The notes beneath the pieces were generated by a model, which was not told the DNA's origin, did not search any database, and was given only the letters and a program-made list of their open reading frames with translations. Positions 51,050 through 64,000 of a stretch of DNA of 64,000 nt are shown here, piece by piece. Each line of letters opens with the position of its first letter. The stretch's first letter is position 1. The DNA is taken from positions 27,129,461 through 27,193,460 of the forward strand of contig OZ316891.1 of the NCBI GenBank assembly GCA_973895155.1, given 5' to 3'. Source of the stretch: Marsupella aquatica. Its lineage: Eukaryota > Plantae > Marchantiophyta. The position numbers and the translations under genes are program-made.

Positions 51050-51850
51050 AAGGGTGCTCCAATTATTGTATCGAGATTGGAATCAATGATGATCTGATGC
51101 TTCATCTCCGATAGTGTCATAGATGATCTGAGTGATGCCCTTGTGGATGCACTAGACCACGTCCCCACTTTTCAATCGTCCAGTACCTTCTTGGTGATCT
51201 GCATTCAATATTAATTAACACAACAATATTCTTCCCAGTTTGTGTGTCAAGCCATCACATTGTGTCAACTCTAAGCTAGCCAAGCGATTCAGAATAGCCA
51301 ATCTCAAATACTATAGTTGGCCACTCGACTTTGTCTTGGGAAGATGGTCAGAAGGCACTGTCTGCTTCTTTGAAAGACCTAGAGTGAGAGTAATGTGTTG
51401 CACTGCAACACTTAAATTCGCTAGTCAGTCCCATAGATTTGACACAAATAAAAATGACTCAAAGATAACCCATTTCCATGTTTCACGTGGGGCATTAGTT
51501 TGATGATTAGTCATTTTATACATATTGTTGTTATAACCCACCCGTGAGCTCTTCCCAATTCTCTTGCAAAAAATGGTGTATCTTTGCAACTTATGTTTCC
51601 TTGACCGGATGAAAATTGAGAAAGCTCTCATATGTTACACCTCCTTGCAACTTTTCAGTATGTGCTTTGATACTACACTTGCAATTCCGTGGAATTGCTC
51701 ATCTTCCACATGTGAGCGTTCTATTAGCCTTGTGCGTGAATCACTAATGTGACTAGCTGATGATTGAGGTATGACAGAAGGATAGGAGCCCTCCATGCTT
51801 GACTCTCCATTATAAGTCATTGAAGCACTTTGATCCTGATACAAAAAATT
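51050..51850 (-). pseudogene. Decayed PD-(D/E)XK (Uma2-like) nuclease-domain gene of a type common in fungi
   Basis: Manual minus-strand translation: LIIKLMPHVKH ... SFKEADSAF*PSSQDKVEWPTIVFEIGYSESLG*LRVDTM*WLDTQTGKNIVVLINIE...TIEKW. At least three stops plus frameshifts. Confidence 0.65.
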
Positions 51851-54718
51851 TCCACTATTAATTCATACTAGAGCTGATAAACAGCTTTGAATTATTCTAA
51901 ATAAAACAACAGTTTGAAGCAGAAATAAGCTACTTCACCATCTATTGCTTCTATGCGCCAATGCAAACAAGCTACTTTACCATATGTTACTTCTATGTGG
52001 CAATGCTGTTGTTCATCTGCTGCTGCCCAATGCTAATCTCCATAAAGGGTGCGACTACTGCTATGCCCTAGAGCTTTTTTTCTAAGCTTTCACTTAAAAT
52101 ATTCAAAGCGTGCGATCCAATCACTCCTCTTCCATTAATCAGTGTGTCACCCTATTCATTAAAAGTGTATTTTATTTTGTTCACTTTTTGGTCTCTAAAT
52201 GTATATTTTTAATTCCCAAAAGGTACACTATAGTACAATACTCTACACCTAAATGGTCAATTATAAATTTGAGGGCGCAAAAATGATCTTTACTAGAAGG
52301 AGTCCCATCCTAGTTCATTTACAAAGGATGAACATGGTGGTACATCTGATGGCCATCACCTTTATTTCTTGCCCAATTGTACATTTTTTGAAAGTCAAAT
52401 GTACGCCGTCTATTGCCCAAATGTTCATAAATTGAATAATAATTCACTTTTAATAAATAGATGAAGAGTCTCGTTTCTATCGTGGATCCCATTTCAATCG
52501 TGGGTCCCATTACAATCGTGGATTGATTTATTGTGTTACAGGCCTACTAGATCTTCCCACGTAAGTAAGTTTATCTTCAATTATAATACTCACTGATCCC
52601 TTTTTACTGGTTTTGTCAGTTTACAAATTGCAAAGTGAACTAGAATCATTTTAAGGCGTTAGGTCTCCTGCCATTTTTGTCACACAGTTGGATTGGAAAA
52701 AAAGCCTCTCTCCTAAGCCCTTGCATGCATGGCTTGGTCCACTGCTGTCCTTCTTTCCTTCTTACTCTGCCAAGGCTATGGTTGCCCTACCCCCTTCATA
52801 GCTCCTGCTTTGAGGGCTGCCCCTTTTTTGCTCATGGCTACCAATAAAATAAATTTCGGCCCAAGGTGCCTTGTAACCTGCCTTAAAATATAAATTTATT
52901 TATTTATATTTAACTAATTAGAATAAATAAATAAAACATTAAAAACATTTCTTTGTTTAAAAATTTAAACCTTAGAAAAACACATTTTCCCTATCACTCT
53001 ATTATAGGATGTGGTGGTTGCTATTTTGCATCTCCACTTTCTATATGCAATGCGCTCGGGGGTCTCACTATATGGAGGCCTCCGCATCACTTGCGATGTG
53101 TTTAGGCCTTGGAGCCCTAAAATGTAAGAAAATTTTTATTTTTTTCAACCCTTATGAAGCTAGAATATTCTAAAATTTTGGTTAGAAGGATCCTAATGAT
53201 TTTATAAGTCTCAAAATTGGATTTAAAAGACCCTATTATTTTTCTGAGAAAGGTTTAAAATTTTTCTTTTCAACCAATAAAATGACCTTATCCTTCATTG
53301 CACGCGATGTGCCATTTTTGTGGAAGTGAAACCCCCGAGGCAACGCACAAGTTATTGAACACAATCATAATAATCGGTCAGGATCACACATAACATGCCT
53401 CAACTATTACATCGCAAAGTTTCTATAATATTTTGCATCACCTTTACATCTTTACTCGCTTTCACATATTTTTCTAATCTTTGTATATTTATCTATTTTC
53501 AATATCTTTTCTTTGTCTTGACATCTTTTCTCATTTGTAATTTTTTTCTCAAATTGACATCTTTAACTTATCACAACATTTTTTTCTCACTTGACATCTT
53601 ATTTTTTTGTCATCTCATCATTTTTTTATCACCTTAATATATTTATCTCAACATAATATTTTTCCTTCACCCTAAACAATTTTTCTCTTCTCAATGTTTT
53701 TTTCTTATCTTTACACATTTTTTCACCTCGTCATTTTTTTCTCTCCTCTATATATTTTGATATTCAACTCTATATCTTTTTCTCACTTTTGACAATTTTT
53801 TGAATCTTGACATTTTGTGCAATGCATAGGGATTTGGCTAGATTTGGCTACCATTGGTAGTCATTGTTATAATTAATTTTTATCTTTTGATTTGCATGTC
53901 AATTTTTTACATTCTTTTTTACGGTATGGCGTCCTAGTTTTTACAGCAAAGTTGCCATAAACACGAATATAGAAATTAATTTTATCCAAAAACAAGTCCC
54001 TTCCTGTTTCTGACATGCCATTATAATGTGACGCACACTATGGAACCGGGAATTTTAGAAAGGACTTCTAATGGGGGTTCGTAATAATTAATTAAATTAA
54101 ATTAAATTTACCCCGCTCGACCTCCTCCATCGCGGGTGCGAGTGATACACCGGGCCAGGCCGGCTCTCGCGTGAGCGGGTGGGGTCGCCTTGTGACTCAT
54201 CAACCATTATGCGTAGCGGCAGAGCAACGAGCAAGAGAGCGACACAACGCACTAGTCTACGGCATACAACTCGGCACGCTCAACACTAGTGCTCGGTTTC
54301 TTTTCATCGTTCTTGTTGAAGCGAAGGCTGTGCGGAACAGAGGAGAGGAGAGGAGAGGAGAGGAGAGGAGCGCACAGCACATCCAAGCACGGCAAAGGTG
54401 AAGAGAGGAGAGGAGGGGAGTGCAGAGCAGAGATTACCAGAAGAGAGTACGCGGAGGTTGAAGGAAAACAAGCCAAGGACGAACGGGAGGCACTGGAATG
54501 GTGAATGGAACAGGAAATTAATTGGATCGTCGGAGGAGTTGCGCAATAGGAAGAAGAGAGCTCCAACGCGGGCTGGCTCTCGCGTATTTGTGATACTGAA
54601 GTGTTGAAGGAGTTTGTAGGTGTGCTAGTGTGTTGGCATACGTTTGGTGCGATTCGATTGGCATGCAGTGTTTGAGCTTGGGGAAAAGGAGGTGGAGGAG
54701 AACAGAGCAGCTACTACG

Positions 54719-57179
<2,461 letters not shown>

Positions 57180-60173
57180 TTGCAATGTTGACACGCATGC
57201 GTAAATCCTTCTGGCCTGTTATAAGGACATGGAAGCTACAGGTTTGGAAGCAGTGTAGGAATCAGTCTCACGGCAAGGATGGCCTCTTTCGTACCTAAGA
57301 CAAGACAAAATTGGTGAACTTCCGTACGAGAGAGTGTCAGCCAGTTCACAGTTAGTGAGCTTCTGTCCACATACTTGTCATGTCCTGTACCCCTCATGGA
57401 TCATTGACGAGCATATCCATTAGGGGTACGTCTTCTGTTGCACCGCTTAAATCCTTTAAGCTTTTCTTGGTCATTCAATAAGGTTCACCCTTTGTATAGT
57501 GATGGAAATTTTCTTTTGGTCAAGCATTGAGGTACGTCTATAAATGATTTATTCTGTGTGGCATATTGCCTGTTAAATCCTTTGTCTGGAAATTATCAAC
57601 AAAGGGTTCCGGCTCTTGTATTCGATGTAACCCTTTGTTTATATACACTGTAAGAAAAGCCTCATAGCTGGTAGTCAACATTTTAGTCACTCATGGCAGG
57701 TCTGCTCTATACTCAAGGAGTGCTTATTGCAGGTGATAAAACGTCTGTGGTGACATTGGCCTGATGTATCATGTCAATTTAGCTCGTTATTTTTATTCTT
57801 TTCTAAATTTGCATAACTGGTACTTTGCATGGATGACTTTGTGAATTACAATTTTAGTACGTATCGTCTATTTGTTGACAGCCTTTAAAACTGGCTTGCA
57901 AAGCTTTGTTATGATCCAAACGTTGGCTATGGTCTTGGCATTGTATTGTTGCTGATGTGGACCTTCTATTATAATGCATATACATGTTTTGAGCTTGGAG
58001 ATCTGAGGAGAATGATATGCTTGATTTTAAAATAGTTGACAGTTCTTGGCCCTAGAAGAGAGCGCATCAGGAGCTTTGTTTAATCTGTTACACTTCTTAA
58101 TGTTTGAATGAGCCACTTATTTAAGCAACTTATTTTGGAAGAACCTAGAGGCTGGGAAATAATCAGTACATTTGGAAGTCGGGGCCGATTCTGTTCACAG
58201 TGGTTGCGGATGAAAGAAACTTCCCTGTCAAAACTCGTTAGGATGAGCTGCCTCATTGACATGAGAAAGACTGCATTTCTCGGCCTATTGTTTGTAATGT
58301 TAGACTAGCACTTCCTTTCGTGCATTTCCATGTTGTGGTTAGGAATCTCACGAAAGTACGTTAGGACAACGGGAAGAAGGGCGAAGTATTGTTGTTGATT
58401 GCCGTAGCTTCATCCTCTTTTTCCGAATCGTCCCTGTCGCTAAAAGATAGCGGAGCTGCTGCAGGGACTCGAGAGCAATTCCAGAACGGGGCGACCTCGA
58501 CGTCTCTGTTTTCCTCCTCATTCTGGCGAGAAGTCTGCTGCTGTACAGAGATTTGAGACACTAGGAACACCCCTGCTGCTGCAATCGCGCAGATCGCACC
58601 ATCTACAGCTTGATCATCACACTCGTGTTGCCTCTTGCACTCAAATTATGGTATAAACTGAGTTCTTTTCTTCGTTGTCGTAAAGGGTGCATTCGATGTT
58701 GCCACTTGCACTCAAAGTATGGTATCAATTGAGCTCGTTCCTTCGTAGTCGTGAAGGATGCATGAAGCGTGAATGTTCAATATATATCAGGAGTCTATTC
58801 GCGAGCCATCTCCGAGAAGACGTATCAAAGTAAGCCTATCAAAGTAGGTTAACTATAACACCAATCATGTATAGCTTGTGCTATTCACTGTTCTAATACT
58901 ACAGAAGTGATTTGGAATGTTGAGCTTTACCTATCTGAGGGGCATGGCCGTAGTCCTGAGTTTACGGCGCCAATGCGTGAAAATTTCTGAAATTACCAGC
59001 CAAAGTGCCCCACACTAAATGAATTTCCTTGGTCTGTTATTCCCTCGAACTGTCAATTTTTACTGTGCAAGATGACCCAAGGAGTCGAGGGCCAAAAACA
59101 AGCAGGACGCATCCACGAGTTTCGCCAAATTGGGTGTACATGGAAAGTGTTCTGAAAGGACAAGACGGGCATCATCATGCGGTACATTTTACCTAATCGA
59201 TAGAAAGTTTCGAACCGCATGATGAAGCCATTCAATAGTAAAGTAACTTAGATATACACTAACGCTCGACTGTAGTTCTCTGGTACATTTTACACTCTAC
59301 TCTTGGTGAGAGAAGAATCAGTTGTTGCAACCCACAAAGAGTCATCGCTTACAGTGCCGATTGCTGCTGTTCTTCCAGACATAGCACCTTACTCTCCCAC
59401 GTTGCCAGATCTGTTCCATACACCAGAACACCAGAACAACTACCAGGGTGTTCTAGCATATCAGTCACAGGTTTTGGGATTTTTAATCAGTCACAAAGGC
59501 AGGCATGGAATCAAAGTAACTGCTTTGTAGCAGCTATCCAGTCGTCGATGAACTCCAGTACTTCACGCTTTTGGAAATTAATTGAAAGTCCTTCCACCAC
59601 GATAGACATTGCTGAGTGACGGCGTGCTCATTTACTTCTACAAAAGTTGGTGCTTCAAGATTACAAAAACCTTGAGACTCAAAACTATTTCTGCGGTTCG
59701 TTCTAAGATGACCACAAGGCTGTGAACAGAACTAACTTGAGTCGACATTTCTATACTCCGTCACATTCCTAGATGGTGCATCGTCACGACAATTAGACGA
59801 CGACGAAATCGACTCGTGCATCGTTGCTTGACAATCAAAAGCCCAACCCACAATGAAAACAACCATGGGATATCAGAGCAAATTTATCTCTATGTCTTGC
59901 CCATCCCATCTATTGTGACACCTGCTCCATCACTTCACACCCAAAACTCACACGATGCTTTTGGAATTACGTTTCACTTTTAAACAAGGATGCTCGGAGT
60001 AGTGTTTCCGAGCACCGCAATCAATTGTAAAATGCTGGGTTTTGGTAAATTTGCGCATTTGTTTAGACAACTTTTGCATCTCAAGCTCAAATTTAAACAT
60101 ATTCTCTATTGTTCGATGGTTCCTGAAACAGTGGGATTTTCTGAGATCACGACAGAAAGAAATGAAATATTGA

Positions 60174-60900
60174 AATATTAAGACGTGGACACAGAGTTTT
60201 GTGATTCTCAGTTTCCCTGCCAACGTGATGGGCCTGATAAGAGAAGTGTCCAGTCTTACCGAATTTGTTTTAGGTTTAAAACACGTGTTGGCGATTGGGC
60301 TGCGGAGATGATTGTCACAAGACTTATAATTTGGGATGAAACTCCACCATTTTAGTATTCCAGAGTGGAACTTCTGCAACTTTGAACATATGACATGTGT
60401 GCGTTCACATAAGATGTGGTCAGAGAACCACAAAGGTTCACATAAGATGTGGTCACCCGTGTTGCAGACAGCCTGATGTTGTTCAGTTGATAAATGTACA
60501 GAAGTACGAGGAATTCAGCAGTCAGCAGATTCATTTGCTGACTCGATCCCCAGAAAAATGACTTTTAGCCATCCTTTGGTATGAAGCCGTTCAAAAACTA
60601 CAAGAGTCTTATATGTGCAGAAACTTGCAATCGAGCAAAATACTCTTCTCAACCTTGCTTGGACTACCAAATAGAACGACCGACCTCTACAGAAAGTAAT
60701 GCCGGTCCTTCCTTCGGCATCCAGGAGTCCATCGCTTACCGGAGTAGACATCAATTCAATCCTATGAACGCGTGCAGATAAAAGAACAAATGAAAATAAG
60801 GTGTGCTGTATCACCTAAGATCACTATGAAAGGTCTTGTCCCCACAAGCTCGGGCAGGGAAGCTGAGAATCACAAAACTCTGTGTCCATGTCTTAATATT
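60174..60900. repeat. 47-bp inverted repeat pair with a 633-bp spacer, downstream of MCU
   Basis: 60174-60220 aatattaagacgtggacacagagttttgtgattctcagtttccctgc matches the reverse complement of 60854-60900 with 2 mismatches. Confidence 0.85.
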
Positions 60901-61197
60901 GCATAAATCACAAAGAAATACTAACCTAGCTCCATTCAAGCTTTGCTTGAGTCTGTGTCCGTTAGCTTACAAACCGCGCAATTGGCTCGGGCAATGCGCC
61001 CGCAAAATTTGTCCAGAAGGCATTCGTGAGGAACTTTCTTCCCCAATGAAAGTGGATCTGCCGTTCATGTTGCAGCGGTGGAGTCATACTTTTGTACCTT
61101 AACTACTTCAAAGGGTACTGATGGTGAAAGAATATGTCACAACCCGGCGGAAGGATTCCGTTTTCAAACAAGAGAATGACAGGCCAAACGATGTGCG

Positions 61198-62371
61198 TCA
61201 CCAATCTTTCTCATCGGGGTCGAGACATTGACATTGCCTCCTGAGAAGCTGATACTTCAAGTAGTCGAATTGCTTCTTCTTGAAGAGCTTCATCTGTCTC
61301 GAACGGAAGAGCCTATCCATAAAATCTCTATAAGAAGGATCTCTAGCAGTGAAGAGAAAGTAGGTGTAGCCAATGATGAGTCCAGCTGAGCCAACGAAGA
61401 AAGCGATGGGCTCCATCACATCCCATGACAGTTCCCAGAAGGTCAGACGGAAGAAGAGCGCTGCTTGGCAGGTAAGTGCGAATAACCCCGTCCACAAGTA
61501 TCTCCGCACTTGCTTGTGGGCAAGGGCATCTATTACAGCCTTTTCCTGCTCCAGTTTCATAAGCTCCACTCGACGGGGGTCATCCATTGGGACGACGGCA
61601 AAGGGAAGCGCATGTGCCACGAGCTTCGCAACCTGTATCACATGTAAACAACAGTCAAAACATTTTCGTTCGGTCGAGAACTCCGCTGAAACAGACGAAA
61701 AATCCCTGACCGAATTTCGGACTGCCATAACAATTCTGACTATTGAAAATAGAAATAATTGCCTTGGGCGGAATCAAAAGAGCAAGTGCTGGCAGACAAC
61801 TCACCCTCTCCGGATGTATGTAGACATTGTCCCGGAAAATAAGCACAACTCCGGCCTCGTCCAGAACGCGAGCGAACCGCATAGCCTCATCATCGGTAGT
61901 AGCTAAACCTGATTCTTTGATGAAGGCAAGGAGGTCGTGGTACCTAAAACTGTCCCGGGGGTCGGATTTTAGTCTATTCTTCAATGCAACTGCATTCACC
62001 TGTTGTAGAATTTTTCTCGTTTCCGTAACCTTCATCGCCCATTCCTCAGCTTGATCATCCTCGTCGTCGTCGTCCTCCCGAATCGACTCCCTCTGCTCTT
62101 CTGCCGAGGAGAACAGCACCGTTTGTCGCGGGTTCTGAATTCCTTGCAAGGCCCAGGGAAAAGTCCACTCAGCGGATGGATGAAGATAGGTCCTAGGTGA
62201 CCACAACGCCAACAATCCGGGCTCGACATACTCTCCCTGCTGCGGAACGCTCCATGACGAAGTCGAAAATACCCTTTGCGTCGCATTCAATTCGCTCACT
62301 CCGCCTCTCGCATGCTCCGCCACGGCCACAAATCTCCGTGCAAAACTAGACCCTGCCCTCCGGGTCGCCAT
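61198..62371 (-). CDS. MCU: Mitochondrial calcium uniporter family protein, 333 aa
   Basis: Exons 62371-61805 and 61632-61198 (GT-AG, phase 0). Arg/Ser-rich presequence-like N-terminus; LDEAGVVLIFRDNVYIHPE; two TM segments around FRLTFWELSWDVMEPIAFF (plant DVME filter). Confidence 0.93.
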
Positions 62372-63343
62372 TCCACTGTCTCCAGTGAAAGGAATTCGTC
62401 TTCCCTTAACCGTCAGCACAGAAAACTGCCGATCAGCAGGTTATTGCAATACATAAGACAAAGAGATGTCCGGGAGTAACATGAGTCTTTCCCCCATGCG
62501 GCGCGTTCTCCAACACAATTTCTCTCCTCTGCCTCCACGACTTTCACCAATACAAATTTCCTCTTCACCCATCTCAATTCATATCGAATTCTGTCCCTCT
62601 GCATCTCTCGATCAATGCAATCATTGGTCTCCTCCTCACTCTCTCAATACATGCAAAGTATTCCGTCCCTGCCCGTCTCTCTCTCAATTCGAAGATAGCC
62701 GTTCTCTTCCCCAGCACGGACCCCGTCTCGCTCCGAGTCAAAACTCCCCTTTACTTAAGAACTCATCGCCATGAATCAGTATCTTCCAAAACAATCCAGG
62801 AGTCTCCTCCTTTTCAGCAGAAGAGACGGAAGGAATTCGGCCGACAGACAGACCCGAGGAGTGTCCGGTCTCGAAAGGGAGGGCAGCAGCAGCAGGAGAA
62901 GGTAGAGGAGGGCGTAGGGATCTCCATGCTCGTGACTAACAACCCACTGCTGCTGCTTTCGGGACCGACCGCGGGCTCGATCACGCCATTGTCACTCCGA
63001 CCGACCAGAGTCGGGAAGAAGAACGAGGAAACCAGAGGAGCAATTCCGAGTGGAAGACATGAGAATACCGTGCGAAAAATTGAATCAGCGCCAAACTGCA
63101 AAACTCTCACAGACGGCGTTCTTCCCCGTCCTCTGTCTCTCGTATCATCTCGTATCATGGCCTCCAATAGAGCGTTTGACAATTCGATGTACCTTTACAA
63201 CTCCCTAGTCCCTAGTTATGGGTCAAGGACTATTGGGCTAAGGTCCACTAAATTCAAAGTTAAAGGACTAAGGTTTTTTTTTTTCCTTGAAAACCGAAAA
63301 TAGGTCCCGAAAATAGGTCCATCCAACACAGGATAGACTTCAG

Positions 63344-63506
63344 CTTTGGAGCATGCATTTCTATGTAGAGCAGTCACAAGAGAACAAGAAGATAGACGTC
63401 CACTTTGGAGCATGCATTTTTATGTAGGGCAGCCACAAGGGGACAAGAGGATAGACATCCGCATTGGAGTATGCATTTTTATGTAGGGTAGCCACAAGGG
63501 GACAAT
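63344..63506. repeat. ~60-bp tandem repeat, about 2.7 copies
   Basis: ttggag(c/t)atgcattt(c/t)tatgtag(a/g)g(c/t)ag(t/c)cacaag(a/g)g(a/g)acaa at ~63345, ~63405 and ~63464. Confidence 0.8.
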
Positions 63507-64000
63507 ACACAGGGATCCGACAGGGACCCAGACTAAGAGGGAGAGAGTTATATTAAATTTGAACCCAAAGTGAGCAACCAGGATTGAGTAGATAATCAAT
63601 ACTTCCACCACTACACCTCACACATACACTCCACACCCCTTATGTGGAGGACTAAGGTTTCCATAACTTTTTGCCATTAGTCAATGTAGAGGTCAAACAA
63701 AACAAACAAACAAAATTTACATAACCTTTGTGAATGTATTTTATAACCATTCATTCATGATCCTTAATTTCTCAATTTTGAGACGCACTAATGCATCGTG
63801 TACCTTACATTCCAGTCCAGTTCTTTACTTTACTTTTGTACTGTAACTAACTGCTGTAAGTATGGTCTGCCGTGCATAAATGCAGAAGTGCATTCCACGG
63901 GTAACTTACTACATCCTGAGGTCACTTACCTCCGTACCTTACTTTCCAGTACAGTTCTTTACTTTACTTCTGTACTGTAAGTGTTCCCCTAAACCCTACC

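Noticed and set aside
53330-53845. Helitron-like 3' end (gtgcaatgcataggg...ctag) after an AT-rich tract
   Set aside because: The hairpin is degenerate and no 5' end or Rep/helicase remnant was found.

Overview
Eukaryotic plant nuclear DNA; gene and transposon content suggests a non-seed land plant, possibly a liverwort (inference). The left ~36 kb is nested transposable elements: a LINE 3' end, a decayed Bianca-like Ty1/copia element carrying a hAT-type MITE and a 3.6-kb TG...CA insertion, a 4.2-kb LTR-like block, and a 5'-truncated LINE interrupted by an 11.56-kb Mutator-like element (19151-30710). The right ~28 kb holds four spliced host genes (EBS/SHL-type BAH-PHD reader, C2H2-finger membrane protein, RabB/Rab2 GTPase, MCU calcium uniporter) and a decayed fungal-type PD-(D/E)XK nuclease gene. 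The standout is the Mutator-like element. Head-to-head with its transposase it encodes a spliced protein joining a ParB/Srx-like domain to a beta-class N4/N6 DNA methyltransferase-like fold. It also carries 19 dispersed copies of the 15-bp palindrome TAGCGCCNGGCGCTA, which avoid the exons of both main genes. This looks like a transposon-borne ParB/parS-like self-recognition or anti-silencing system. This copy is pseudogenised. All calls were made by eye, with no database searches.
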